DNA from: a virus
Length of the DNA stretch: 64,000 bases
Virus record (IMG/VR): IMGVR_UViG_3300010413_000020
Location: 32,001-96,000 of that record
Reading direction: 5' to 3' (one strand)
Of the stretch, positions 40,436-51,095 are shown in pieces. The translations under genes and the position numbers were made by a program. Each line of letters begins with the position of its first letter. The first letter of the stretch is position 1. The notes below the pieces were generated by a model. It was not told the DNA's origin and did no database searches. It saw only the letters and a program-made list of their open reading frames with translations.

Positions 40436-43400
40436 ATGGCGGAAGAATTAACGCCGGTATTGGTTAGCGCAGAAACTCGACGGGATGATATACGAAACAA
40501 GGTATTATCCGGACTTCAAGAAGCTTTTCCGATTAAATCGCGAAGTAAAACTTTAGAATTAGCCGATCTCAAAATGGATAGTAAAGAATTTTCTCCGACA
40601 GAGCAAAAAATGGCTATTCTCCGAGGTGATACTCTTTCCGAGAGTGTAAGGGGTACTGTGCGGATGCGGGACAAGGACGGAAAATTAGTCGATGAAGTTA
40701 AAAATTTTACAGTTGCCCGAGTACCTTGGTTTACTCCTAGACATACTCTCATAGTAGGAGGTAACGAATATTCTGTATCGAATCAGATACGCCCTAAACC
40801 GGGGGTGTATGCTCGCAAACGAGCCAACGGAATTTTAGAGGCTAGTTTTAATACTCGAGGAGGTAGCAACTTTAATGTGAGTATGGACCCGGCCCAAGGA
40901 GTGCCGCGGTTGGAATATGGTTCTACTAAAATTCCTCTCTACCCAATACTTCGACAAGCCGGTATACCCCATTCCCGAATAGCTGAAAAATGGGGACCAC
41001 GATTAGCAGATAAGAATGCAGAACAATTAACTAAGCTCACAGACAAATCCGTTCAGACGCTCTATAAAAAAGTAGTTCCGGAGTATCAACAAAGTGGAGG
41101 AGCTTCAACTTCTCAGAAAACAAAAGAGATTTTTGAAAAATACTTACGATCTCATATGGACCCAGAAGTAAATCAACGAACTCTTGGTAAACCTTATGCC
41201 AGTGTAACTCCAGACAGTCTACTTGATGCCTCACATAAAGTGCTAAAGATTTTCAAGAATCCTACAGATGTAGATGATAGAGATAATTTAGATTTTAAAG
41301 CGCTACATTCAATCGATGATTTTTTTAAAGAAGTGATAACTCTAAATGCTCGGGATGTAGCACGTAAGACTGCTATTAAAATGGAGGTTTCACCGTCGTT
41401 ACGAAAGGCACTTCCTTCGGGTCCTTTTACTCCGGGTCTCATTCGTTTTATAAATAGTTCACAACTTGTTGCTGTTCCAACTCAGACTAATCCTATTGAA
41501 TTAGTAGATTCAGCTATGCGCGTAACTGCTCTGGGGGAAGGAGGTATTTCATCTGATCGTGCAATTCCGATGGAAGCTAGACAGGTTCATCCTACACAAA
41601 TAGGGGCACTAGATCCCTTTCGTACTCCCGAGTCTTTTAGAGCAGGTATTGATGTTAGGGCTGCGATGGCCGTTAGACGCGATAAGCAGGGCAATATTTT
41701 TGTTCCAGTTTATGATGCTAAAGCTAAACGTAAACGTTACGTGCGTGCTGGAGAAATGCAAACAGAAGTTGTGGCTTTTCCTAATCAGCCATTACGTGGG
41801 CAAGTGGATGCATTAGTTGGTGGTGAGTTGCGAAAAGTTCCTGCCAAGCAAGTGCGTTATCAGATACCACACCCTTCATTAATGTATGGCCCAACTACTA
41901 ACTTAGTTCCTTTTATGGAATCGCAACAGGGTAATCGTACAGTTATGGGTTCCAAAATGCAGGTACAGGCCCTACCTTTAATTTATCGGGAAGCACCGTT
42001 AATACAAGTACAGAGTCCTCGCAAAGAATCTTTTGAACAGTTAATGGCTAGTATTGTTAATCCGACTACTCCTGTTGCTGGTACTGTAGCAAAAGTAGAT
42101 GATGATTTTGTTTACATTCGACCTGATGAAGAAAAAACAAGTGCTCGAGGTGGTACTTTAATTAAAGTTCCTTACGAACAAAATTTTCCTCTGGCGGCTA
42201 AGACACACTTACATCACGAAGTTACTGTTAAAGAGGGTGACCGAGTTCGTTCAGGACAACAGGTAGCCCAATCTAATTTCACGAAAGATGGAACCTTAGC
42301 CTTGGGTAAAAATCTTAGTGTCGCTTATATGCCTTATTACGGGGCTAATTCTAATGACGCCGTAGTTATTAGTGATGCTGCATCTAAGAAACTGACTTCG
42401 GAACGAATGTATAAGATGGTTGTTCCGCGGGATAATGATTTGATATTTAACCGAACCAAACACAAGGTTTATTATGGGCAAAACTACGACAAGAAATTTT
42501 ATGACACGTTAGACTCCGATGGAGTGATTCGTCCAGGAACTAAGCTAGAACCCGGTGATCCGCTTTTTTTAGGATTACGTAAATCTCAACTTACTTCCGA
42601 TGATTTGCTTCTCGGACGTTTACATAAATCCCTAGCACGACCTTTTAGAGAAAATTCACACACATGGGATCATGACTATCCAGGGGAAGTAGTTGATGTT
42701 GTTAAGACACCCAAACGTATTGCCTTTACTGTTCGAACGCAGGAACCGATGGGTGTAGGGGATAAGCTAGCAGGACGTTATGGAAATAAAGGTGTTGTTT
42801 CCATGGTGATTCCCGATGACCAAATGGTTCAGGACGAAGCCGGAAAACCTATAGATGTTATTATGACATCTGCCGGGGTAGTTTCTCGTGCAAATCCTGC
42901 ACAAATTATCGAAACAGCAGTTGGCAAGGTTGCTGAAAAAACCGGAAAACCTATTTTAGTTGAAAGTCTTTCTGGTCGAAATAATGTACAGTGGGCTAAA
43001 GACCTTCTGAAAAAACATAATTTAAAAGACAAAGAAACTGTTTTTGATCCAGTTGCAGGAAAGAAAATTCCTAATGTTTTTGTAGGACGACAATACATTC
43101 TGAAATTGATGAAATCCACAGATACTAATTACAGTGCTAGAGGACTTGGTAATTACGATGTAAATCAACAACCAACTAAAGGAGGAGTACACAGTGCTAA
43201 GGCTCTGGGTAAGATGGAGTTCGATGCTCTTATAGGGCACAATGCTCGGAATATTCTTAGAGAAGCGGCGACTTTAAAAAGCCAAAAAAATGATGAGTGG
43301 TGGAGAGCGCTTCAGTTAGGTTATCCTACTCCTCCTCCTAAAGCTTCTTTTGCCTATGATAAATTTTTGAACATGTTAACTGGAGCAGGAGTTAGGGTTC

Positions 43401-44791
43401 ATCGAGAGAGTAACCGCCTTTCGTTAGCCCCGCTTACTGATAAAGACGTTGTTTCTATGTCTGCGGGAGAAATCGAAGAACCTAAATTAATTAGAGCTAA
43501 AGATCTAAAGCCTGAAAGAGGGGGACTTTTCGATGTTGCCAAAACGGGAGGAATGACAGGAAAAAAATGGAGCCATGTAGACCTTGCGGAACCTATCGTT
43601 AATCCGGTATTTCGTGAACCCGTTCGGCGCTTTTTGGGAATGACCAATCCGCAGCTAGACGAAACTTTAAAAACTAAAGGGGGAGTGTTTGTTAAACGTG
43701 AATTGTCCAAAATTGATTTGGATGCAAAAGAAAAAGCAATTCTTAAAGGTCTTCAAAAGAAAACAGGAGATAATCTCCAGGGAGATGTTAAACAAATAAA
43801 GTATATACGAGCGCTTAAAGCCCAAGGGCTTACGCCCGATAAAGCCTATATCGTTTCTAAAGTTCCAGTGTTACCTCCTGTTTTTCGTCCTATTCTCCCC
43901 GGTAAAGGAGGTCAGGAAATCATCTACGGAGATATTAATCCACTTTACCGGGATCTAATTTACGTGAATAACCAATTCAAAGAAGTAAAGAAAACAAAAT
44001 TATTACCTGGCGAAGAAGAAAATTTGCGCCCAACACTCAACCAAGCTGTGGGAGCTGTTTATGGGGTTAATGATCCGGTAACGGCTAAATCAAAAGCTCG
44101 AAGTCACAAAGGCTTTCTAACGTATATTTCTGGAACAAACTCTCCTAAAACAGGGTATTTTCACCAAAAGCTTATGCGGCGTACCCAAGACATGGCGGGC
44201 CGAGGAACTATCGTTCCGGATAGCACTTTAGGAATGGACGAAGTGGGTGTGCCTGAAGATATGCTCTGGACTATGTATGAAAAAACTCTCATCAGTAATT
44301 TAGTCCGGAATGGCTATTCGGCTCTGCAAGCCAACAAAATGGTGAAGGACCGGCATCCTGCTGCACAAATCCAGTTACAGAAAGAAGTTCAATCTCGTCC
44401 AGTAATTATCAATCGAGCTCCTACACTTCATAGATATAGTATGGTGGCCGCATATCCTAAGCCGGTGCCCGGTAAAACAATCCGGGTTAACCCTTTTGTA
44501 GAAGAGGGTATGAACGCAGACTACGATGGAGACACCATGATGTTGCATGTGCCAGTAGGGTCAAGTGCGATTGAAGAAGCTCGAGGTATGACTCTTTCTA
44601 ACCTTTTGTACAGTGATAAATCTAAACAAGATCTCTTGGTCTTTCCTCAACACGAGGCCATAATGGGAATTGCTCACGCTTCTTCTTTGGATGAGAAGAA
44701 TAAACCAGTAAAATTTAAGAACTCGGGAGATGCAATGAAAGCATATCGTGAGGGTAAAATTAGTTTAGGAACACGAGTCCAAATTGGATAA
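40436..44791 (+). CDS. rpoB: Phage multisubunit RNA polymerase: beta subunit fused to the N-terminal (catalytic) half of beta'
   Basis: Beta motifs RTPES..G, NRTVMGSKMQVQA and GDKLAGRYGNKGVVS; beta' motifs PERGGLFD, PVLPPVFRP, NRAPTLHR and NADYDGD. Confidence 0.93.
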   Translation: MAEELTPVLVSAETRRDDIRNKVLSGLQEAFPIKSRSKTLELADLKMDSKEFSPTEQKMAILRGDTLSESVRGTVRMRDKDGKLVDEVKNFTVARVPWFTPRHTLIVGGNEYSVSNQIRPKPGVYARKRANGILEASFNTRGGSNFNVSMDPAQGVPRLEYGSTKIPLYPILRQAGIPHSRIAEKWGPRLADKNAEQLTKLTDKSVQTLYKKVVPEYQQSGGASTSQKTKEIFEKYLRSHMDPEVNQRTLGKPYASVTPDSLLDASHKVLKIFKNPTDVDDRDNLDFKALHSIDDFFKEVITLNARDVARKTAIKMEVSPSLRKALPSGPFTPGLIRFINSSQLVAVPTQTNPIELVDSAMRVTALGEGGISSDRAIPMEARQVHPTQIGALDPFRTPESFRAGIDVRAAMAVRRDKQGNIFVPVYDAKAKRKRYVRAGEMQTEVVAFPNQPLRGQVDALVGGELRKVPAKQVRYQIPHPSLMYGPTTNLVPFMESQQGNRTVMGSKMQVQALPLIYREAPLIQVQSPRKESFEQLMASIVNPTTPVAGTVAKVDDDFVYIRPDEEKTSARGGTLIKVPYEQNFPLAAKTHLHHEVTVKEGDRVRSGQQVAQSNFTKDGTLALGKNLSVAYMPYYGANSNDAVVISDAASKKLTSERMYKMVVPRDNDLIFNRTKHKVYYGQNYDKKFYDTLDSDGVIRPGTKLEPGDPLFLGLRKSQLTSDDLLLGRLHKSLARPFRENSHTWDHDYPGEVVDVVKTPKRIAFTVRTQEPMGVGDKLAGRYGNKGVVSMVIPDDQMVQDEAGKPIDVIMTSAGVVSRANPAQIIETAVGKVAEKTGKPILVESLSGRNNVQWAKDLLKKHNLKDKETVFDPVAGKKIPNVFVGRQYILKLMKSTDTNYSARGLGNYDVNQQPTKGGVHSAKALGKMEFDALIGHNARNILREAATLKSQKNDEWWRALQLGYPTPPPKASFAYDKFLNMLTGAGVRVHRESNRLSLAPLTDKDVVSMSAGEIEEPKLIRAKDLKPERGGLFDVAKTGGMTGKKWSHVDLAEPIVNPVFREPVRRFLGMTNPQLDETLKTKGGVFVKRELSKIDLDAKEKAILKGLQKKTGDNLQGDVKQIKYIRALKAQGLTPDKAYIVSKVPVLPPVFRPILPGKGGQEIIYGDINPLYRDLIYVNNQFKEVKKTKLLPGEEENLRPTLNQAVGAVYGVNDPVTAKSKARSHKGFLTYISGTNSPKTGYFHQKLMRRTQDMAGRGTIVPDSTLGMDEVGVPEDMLWTMYEKTLISNLVRNGYSALQANKMVKDRHPAAQIQLQKEVQSRPVIINRAPTLHRYSMVAAYPKPVPGKTIRVNPFVEEGMNADYDGDTMMLHVPVGSSAIEEARGMTLSNLLYSDKSKQDLLVFPQHEAIMGIAHASSLDEKNKPVKFKNSGDAMKAYREGKISLGTRVQIG

Positions 44792-44797
44792 TCGATT

Positions 44798-45145
44798 ATG
44801 AAAAAGACTGCACAAGAAATAGCAAGCGATGTTGTAAACAATCTAGAGAACACGTCACCGTTAGATGCTGCAACCAAAGAACATAAACGCCAATATTTTG
44901 CTAAAATGGACCCGCACACTTATGCCGGACTGAGTTTAGGTGGCGCTTTGGGGATACTTCCACTCCTTTCTCAAAATGTCCGAAATACAGGAATATTGGC
45001 AGGAATATATCCTTTGGTTGGGGGTGGGTTAGGTGCATTGAGCGGTCGAGTTGTAGGGCGGCATTTGGTTGGTCCATATCAAAAACCTACACTAGAAGAA
45101 CTACAGCAAATTATGTTGGCAAAAGAAAGAGAAAAAAATGATTAA
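44798..45145 (+). CDS. Small glycine-zipper hydrophobic protein
   Basis: MKKTAQ start; GxxxG-rich segments. Confidence 0.65.
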   Translation: MKKTAQEIASDVVNNLENTSPLDAATKEHKRQYFAKMDPHTYAGLSLGGALGILPLLSQNVRNTGILAGIYPLVGGGLGALSGRVVGRHLVGPYQKPTLEELQQIMLAKEREKND

Positions 45146-45497
45146 AACAGCAGCCCAGCCAGCATATCAACGATGGCAACAAAAATGTGCGATGGACGTT
45201 GACGAAGAAAGAGAACATATTCGAAATTTATTAACCGGAGGTCTTGCTGGCGCAGTAGACCCCTTAGTTGCCGGTATTGCCGCTTCAGCTTCTAAACCTA
45301 CGGGTGATCCAACTCAACAATTTTGGGGAACACTTGGAGGGTCACTTGGAGGTAAGATAGTAGGTGGCGGAATTGGACGTTTAGCTGGAAAACCAGGAAC
45401 GATTCTTGGACTTCTTTTGGGAGGAGGTGGAGGCGGTTATGCCGCACAGCGGTTAATGGCACATCACCGAAAAGAAATGGAACCTGAAGAAGATTAA
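45138..45497 (+). CDS. Small glycine-zipper hydrophobic protein
   Basis: MIKTAA start; GxxxG repeats. Confidence 0.65.
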   Translation: MIKTAAQPAYQRWQQKCAMDVDEEREHIRNLLTGGLAGAVDPLVAGIAASASKPTGDPTQQFWGTLGGSLGGKIVGGGIGRLAGKPGTILGLLLGGGGGGYAAQRLMAHHRKEMEPEED

Positions 45498-45512
45498 GGT
45501 TTGTCTTAACGT

Positions 45513-47051
45513 ATGCCATATTCATCTCCAGCACAACGCGCTGCTATTTGGGCCAATCGCAAACGTCAAGAGGTTCAACCATCTCGACATGACATAGCTG
45601 AATATTATACCGACCCTCAAGTACGACAAGAAATACTTTCGCAACTTCGAAATCGTCCCGTAATGGCAATACAGTCTCTTCCGTCTGGTCAAAAAATAGT
45701 TCGAAGAAATCTTTCAACAGGTGACCCCATACAAATAACTAAAGCGGATTTCAGCGGGGGCGAATCCGATTTAGGCTGGTATACTGATAGGCGTTTTGCG
45801 GAATTCCACCCAGTTATAGGTACTCGAACGGATAAAGTTTGGGTAGATATTGATCCTGGGCCTAATCGAAGTACTGAAAGTTTAAAACCATTAGTACGAA
45901 AAGTTGTAGACTCCGTTAATCAAATGTCTAATGTACAGGATGTACAGCTTGCTTATTCTGGAGGACGCGGATTTCACGTCCGAGGTATACTCAAAAAACC
46001 AGAAGATACTGATTCTATGCGAGTACGTTTGACTGAGCAGCTCAAAAGAGATTTTCCCGAGGAGGATGTTGTCTTTCAAAAGCCAAAGGGAAAACAAGTG
46101 CGTTTAGATACGTCTACGCTGAAACGTATGGGATCTATCCGGGCACTTCGGTCCATTAACGTAGATACTGGACGCGTGGCGCTACCTCTTTCATTACAAG
46201 AGTTGGATTCATTTAATCCTTCTGATGCTGCTTTAAAGACAATTTTAAAATCTCGGGAGATAGCTCCAGGAATTCCTCAATCTCAACGAATTCACGCACT
46301 TCCCGATAAACCCAAGAAGCCGCAATGGACGCTAGCAATCCAAGAACACGATGCTAAACGTGCAGGTAAACACTGGGATTTGCGTTTAGTGGACCCACAT
46401 ACTGGATTTGCACATTCTTGGGCAGTACCAAAAGCACAGTTTCCTACCGCTAAACCATTGTTGGCTATTCAAACTCCCACACATACTTCTGACTATGCGT
46501 TGAATTTTGGAGGGAAAGGGCCACAGGAAATTGGTGAAGGTTATGGCAAAGGAACTGTAGAGATTAAATATAAAGAACCAGTAAAGGTGGTTTCTTCTAG
46601 TCCTGACAAGATAAAATTCCAGCGTATAATTAATGGGGATGCGCAAGAGTATATGCTCTTCAGAACAAAAGATAATTCATGGCTTATTAGGAATATAAAG
46701 GGACAGGAAAAGAAAGGTGCGGCTATACCCATGAACCATATTTTTAAATTTGGATATTTTGATACATTAGTCAAATTGGGGATAGCTAAGGGTAAAATGC
46801 CGGAACCTTCTATTAGTGAAATGCAACAACCTCTTGATAATACTGACATGAATACTCCTGTAGGAATGTTAGCGGACCTTATGCAGCAATTGCCGGATGA
46901 TAATTTCGATTCACGTTCACGAAAACCACAACACCAGAGTGCCGAAGATAGGCTTAATAGGGACGTTTCATGGAGCAGTCCAACGGATATACCATATAGC
47001 CAAATGGATGGTCCCACTCCCTGGGTTACATTACCCGGAGGCACACCCTGA
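45513..47051 (+). CDS. LigD-like AEP primase-polymerase domain fused to LigD 3'-phosphoesterase domain (no ligase domain)
   Basis: EFHP, WVDIDPG and YSGGRGFHV; IQEHDAKRAGKHWDLRL..SWAVPK..LAIQTPTH...YGKG. Confidence 0.82.
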   Translation: MPYSSPAQRAAIWANRKRQEVQPSRHDIAEYYTDPQVRQEILSQLRNRPVMAIQSLPSGQKIVRRNLSTGDPIQITKADFSGGESDLGWYTDRRFAEFHPVIGTRTDKVWVDIDPGPNRSTESLKPLVRKVVDSVNQMSNVQDVQLAYSGGRGFHVRGILKKPEDTDSMRVRLTEQLKRDFPEEDVVFQKPKGKQVRLDTSTLKRMGSIRALRSINVDTGRVALPLSLQELDSFNPSDAALKTILKSREIAPGIPQSQRIHALPDKPKKPQWTLAIQEHDAKRAGKHWDLRLVDPHTGFAHSWAVPKAQFPTAKPLLAIQTPTHTSDYALNFGGKGPQEIGEGYGKGTVEIKYKEPVKVVSSSPDKIKFQRIINGDAQEYMLFRTKDNSWLIRNIKGQEKKGAAIPMNHIFKFGYFDTLVKLGIAKGKMPEPSISEMQQPLDNTDMNTPVGMLADLMQQLPDDNFDSRSRKPQHQSAEDRLNRDVSWSSPTDIPYSQMDGPTPWVTLPGGTP

Positions 47052-48853
47052 TGGCGGGAACACAAACATTTGGCAAATATTTGATAAATCAAAATTTGCC
47101 TTCCAATTATTCTGTTCAAGAAGAAATGGGTAAACAAAATTTTAAAGAACAGATGAATAGACTGGCTAGAGAAAATCCTAATCAGTATGTAGAAACAATT
47201 TCGAAATTAAAAAGATTGGGAGATGAGTTAGCAACTACTGAAGGTCTCTCAATTGGCTTAGATGATATTGCACCGAATTATAAAGAGCGAGATAAGATTT
47301 TAGCGCCTCTCCAGAAAAAATTTAATTTAGCGGGTTCGGATGACCGTAAACGTGCAATTGTAGAGGAAGCTCAAGAAAAATTAGTAAATCATGCAATGCA
47401 GCACAAGGGTTCCTTAACACTTCAGGTTAAAAGTGGAGCTCGAGGTAAGCCAGTGCAATATGGAATGATTGTTAGTGGTTTAGGTTATGCTCGAGATCCT
47501 ATGAATGGAAAATCGGTTCCGTGGTTGATTGGTAAGTCATTTGCAGAAGGTTTGAAACCGTCAGACTACTGGGCGCAAACCGGGCAATCTGTCATGGATG
47601 TCGTTCGAACATACACTGCAATTTCAGAACCCGGAGAGTTGTCTAAGAAACTTATAAGCTCTATGACGGACCTTGTTGTCACAGAAGATGATTGTGGAAC
47701 ATCGAATGGTATTTTAATGGATGCTACTTCACCAGATGCAGTGGACAGATACTTGGCTAAAGATGTAGGTCCATTTAAAAGAAATCTTCTTATTACTCCA
47801 ACAATACAACCTAAATTAGCGAGAACAGCCAAACAGATATTGGTACGTTCACCAATGACTTGTGAAGCAGCTGATGGTGTTTGTCAAAAATGCCAAGGAC
47901 TGGACGAAAAAGGTTCTCCCCATCCTTTAGGTGTCAATGTAGGGGTGCGTGCGGCTCAGGCCATGGCCGAACCGCTGACACAATTTGCCCTCAATGCAAA
48001 ACACGGCGGAAGAACATTAAAATCCGATAAGTTTCAAGTTCATGGAATTTCAGGTTTTCGACAAATCATTGAGACTCCGCGGCAGTTTGTTAATAAAGCT
48101 ACACTTGCGAATCGCACAGGTAAAGTAACAAAGATAGAGGAAGCTCCGCAAGGGGGTTACAATGTAAATATCGAAAATGATGTGCATTATATTCCTCCTA
48201 ATTTGGGGCTTAAAGTCAAACGAGGACAGACCGTTGAAACAGGAGATGTTTTAAGCGAAGGAATTCCTAAGCCTGATGAAGTTGTTCGTTACCGAGGACT
48301 TGGAGCAGGACGTTTATATATGGTAGACGTTCTCAAGAATCTATATAAAGGGCAAGGCAAAGATTTAGACCAACGACATTTTGAACTCTTGGCGAAAAGT
48401 GGGATGAATCATGTACGTATTATGAATGACCCTTCTCATAGATTTATTAAGGGCGATATTGTGAATTACAATACTCTTCGTGCAGAGTTAAGTAGAGAAG
48501 CTAGAGAGAAAGATTTAAAAGAAGCTCTCGGAGATACCCTTGGAAAAGAATATTATCAATTTGCCGTAGGTACTCGAATTACTCCTCGAATAGCAAATGA
48601 GTTGAATAAACAAAATGTTAAAAAAGTTATGGTTGCTCCTAGGGCTCCTGAAGTAACTTTTGTTATGAAGCCTGCTACAACAATTCCTAAATTGAATCCT
48701 GATTGGATGGCAAGATTGTCACACCAAGGATTGAAGTCTTCAATTCTTCAAGCGGCACACACAGGTGAAATTGCCAATATTCATGGAGTTCATCCTGTTC
48801 CTGCGTATGTATATGGAGTAGAATTTGGACAAGGTACTAAGGGACGTTACTAA
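47051..48853 (+). CDS. rpoC: RNA polymerase beta' C-terminal half
   Basis: SGARG, EGL, TAISEPGELSKKL..DLVVTEDDCGT, RSPMTC..GVCQKC and AAQAMAEPLTQ (trigger loop). Confidence 0.92.
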   Translation: MAGTQTFGKYLINQNLPSNYSVQEEMGKQNFKEQMNRLARENPNQYVETISKLKRLGDELATTEGLSIGLDDIAPNYKERDKILAPLQKKFNLAGSDDRKRAIVEEAQEKLVNHAMQHKGSLTLQVKSGARGKPVQYGMIVSGLGYARDPMNGKSVPWLIGKSFAEGLKPSDYWAQTGQSVMDVVRTYTAISEPGELSKKLISSMTDLVVTEDDCGTSNGILMDATSPDAVDRYLAKDVGPFKRNLLITPTIQPKLARTAKQILVRSPMTCEAADGVCQKCQGLDEKGSPHPLGVNVGVRAAQAMAEPLTQFALNAKHGGRTLKSDKFQVHGISGFRQIIETPRQFVNKATLANRTGKVTKIEEAPQGGYNVNIENDVHYIPPNLGLKVKRGQTVETGDVLSEGIPKPDEVVRYRGLGAGRLYMVDVLKNLYKGQGKDLDQRHFELLAKSGMNHVRIMNDPSHRFIKGDIVNYNTLRAELSREAREKDLKEALGDTLGKEYYQFAVGTRITPRIANELNKQNVKKVMVAPRAPEVTFVMKPATTIPKLNPDWMARLSHQGLKSSILQAAHTGEIANIHGVHPVPAYVYGVEFGQGTKGRY

Positions 48854-48855
48854 TT

Positions 48856-49425
48856 ATGCCCAACTTGTTTGAACAAGGTCATTTTGAAATGTTGCAAGCC
48901 TTAGGTTTAACTAAGACTGCTGCTCCTATTATTTACAAAGCTCCCTTTCTTCGAAGGGCAGGATGGTGGCTTGGTAAAAAATTGCCTCAATGGGGAAAAG
49001 CTCTTAAGGAAACAGCTATAGGAGAACCGAGAAAATTTTTAAGAGAGTTGGAACAGGGAAAAGCGTTTTCTAAAGGCAGCCTTATAAGAGAAAGTTATAA
49101 AGCTCCCGGTATTCTCAATAAAGTTTTTTGGTATGGTTTCCCCGCTTATGAAGGTTTGGAAATTTTGAGAGATCAAGACCCGAATAAGGCAGAACGCTTG
49201 GGAGGATTAATTGGTGGAACAGCATTAGGAATGGGGGCGTTTAAGCCTCTAGGAATGTTGGGATACATGGGTGCAGATTGGTTAGGTCATCGGTTAGGTT
49301 CGGGACTGGCCCGTACGGCTAAACATTTGGCAGGACCCGAAGTAAACCCACAAGGTCGTTGGGAATACCCGATACCTGAGGCACCACAATATTTCCAACC
49401 TCCAATGTATCCACCCTATGCATAA
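48856..49425 (+). CDS. Hypothetical membrane-like/virion protein
   Basis: FEQGHFEMLQALGLTKTAA N-terminus; glycine zipper. Confidence 0.65.
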   Translation: MPNLFEQGHFEMLQALGLTKTAAPIIYKAPFLRRAGWWLGKKLPQWGKALKETAIGEPRKFLRELEQGKAFSKGSLIRESYKAPGILNKVFWYGFPAYEGLEILRDQDPNKAERLGGLIGGTALGMGAFKPLGMLGYMGADWLGHRLGSGLARTAKHLAGPEVNPQGRWEYPIPEAPQYFQPPMYPPYA

Positions 49426-49513
49426 AGGTATTAAAATAGGTCTTGGGTAAATGAATAAAGCGTCTTATACTTGCGGGTGATACTTGGAAAGGTGAAGTGG
49501 AGGTAAAAATATA

Positions 49514-50005
49514 ATGCATCCTACAATGTTGAAAGAGGCATATGCTTTTGGTGCTAAAACTGCTTTGCAGGAATTAGGATATGATATGTCTTCGGCCAAC
49601 GCCTTTTCCATTAAGTTAGCAGACGAAGGTATGAATCCAGTTTTAAAAGCGATTCTTGGAACTGGTTTAGGTTTAGCGGGAGGCGCGGCGTTAGGTGGTG
49701 GATTGGGTGCGGGAGCAACTGCTTTAGCTAAACAATTAGGTAAAAAGATTCCTAATCTATCTGCGTTGTCTTTAAAGACTCCCAACAGAATTAAGATACC
49801 GAAATTGAATATGACGGGAAGACAACAACGGAATCTTGGAACCCTTGTTCGCAATGCTACATCGGGTGCTGCTCTTGGAGGTCTTCCTGCGGAAGCCGAA
49901 AGAGCAGTTTTAAATAATGCATTATGGGGTAACGTTAACATAGGTGCCCGTGCTCTTGGAGGCATGGGGGCGCTTGCTGGTGGTGTTGGAGCATTAACTG
50001 ATTAG
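49514..50005 (+). CDS. Gly/Ala-rich glycine-zipper protein
   Basis: GGAGG SD; YAFGAKTALQELG; GxxxG tracts. Confidence 0.7.
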   Translation: MHPTMLKEAYAFGAKTALQELGYDMSSANAFSIKLADEGMNPVLKAILGTGLGLAGGAALGGGLGAGATALAKQLGKKIPNLSALSLKTPNRIKIPKLNMTGRQQRNLGTLVRNATSGAALGGLPAEAERAVLNNALWGNVNIGARALGGMGALAGGVGALTD

Positions 50006-50042
50006 AAACTAACGTCGTTAGACGAAGGACACGGAGGAAATA

Positions 50043-51095
50043 ATGGGACTCTTCAAAAGAGCACATATTCGCGGAATGGCTCACGAACTGACTCGACAAG
50101 GTATAGTTACTTGGCCGAGTAAAACAGCAGAAGAAGAAGCAGCAGATGGTTTAGCCGACGCCTTGGAAGAGGAAGAGGTACCTGAAGTGACAGGAGAGGA
50201 AGGCTTAGACCCTGAGACAGCACAAGCAGCTCTCGACAAATTGGTGGAAGTAGCCGAGGAAATAGCAGCAAAAACAGGTAGCTATGACCCAAGCCTTACT
50301 AAAACCGCAGCTTCGACCTCTTATGAAGATGCTGCCAGCGATGCCGCTTGGTCCCTTATGGAAAAAGCTGCAGAAGAGACTGCGGTCGATTCCGGTCCTG
50401 ATATGCCCGGACAATCTGCACCTACTCCGGATTTAGGTGCTACGGCGGAAGCCGAACAGGATGCTCGAAATGTTCCTTCGGCTGATTTGGTAGGACCACA
50501 AGGTACTTCCGATGTTGATACCTCTCCGGGCGCTGTTGGAGCGGAAGAGAAACAACCCGAACAACCCGGAGCTGAAGAAAGTCCTCCAACCGGCGAAGTA
50601 GCTAAAACCAGTAGTTTAGAATCGCTTCAATCCATGCTGCGAAAATTGGCTCGTGAAGAGTTCAATAAAGTTGCAGCAGACGGCGCATCTCTTTCTGGGG
50701 GGTCTACACAAGGAAGTCCTCCTGTACCAAGACAAGATCTCAACGATAACCTCGTGATTCCCGGTGCTGTAGCTCCTTCTCAGGGACAAACGGGACAAAA
50801 TGTTCCTGGAGCTGCTAATGTTGGTGTTACGATGAAACAACCAGCAGGAACTCCCGGACCAACGGCCCCGACCCCAAATAAACCTGCGCAAGATGCGATG
50901 AAACAAGCTATGGCTATTCTTTCATCCACTCCAACAGGACGTTCTTTCTTGAAAAAGCTTTCCGAAGAGGCTGAAGCGGAAGAGGAAGAGGAGATGAGCG
51001 AGGAAGAGAAGGCCGAAAAGAAAGAGAAAGAGGAAAAGAAAGAAGCCCATGTAGCGTCTGTCCTCCAGGCTCTTGCACAAGCTGTAGCTCTTTAA
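50043..51095 (+). CDS. Acidic, low-complexity putative scaffold/internal head protein
   Basis: GGAGG SD; E/A/P-rich; many KxA motifs. Confidence 0.7.
   Translation: MGLFKRAHIRGMAHELTRQGIVTWPSKTAEEEAADGLADALEEEEVPEVTGEEGLDPETAQAALDKLVEVAEEIAAKTGSYDPSLTKTAASTSYEDAASDAAWSLMEKAAEETAVDSGPDMPGQSAPTPDLGATAEAEQDARNVPSADLVGPQGTSDVDTSPGAVGAEEKQPEQPGAEESPPTGEVAKTSSLESLQSMLRKLAREEFNKVAADGASLSGGSTQGSPPVPRQDLNDNLVIPGAVAPSQGQTGQNVPGAANVGVTMKQPAGTPGPTAPTPNKPAQDAMKQAMAILSSTPTGRSFLKKLSEEAEAEEEEEMSEEEKAEKKEKEEKKEAHVASVLQALAQAVAL

Noticed and set aside
6286-44791. Inteins or introns in RNR, terminase, polymerase or RNAP
   Set aside because: No C/S...HN splice junctions or LAGLIDADG blocks were seen, and the conserved motifs are contiguous.
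46541-47137. Longer antisense ORFs (e.g. 46541-47137, 20577-21140, 49465-49965, 60678-61124)
   Set aside because: They are shadows of well-supported opposite-strand genes and have no motifs.
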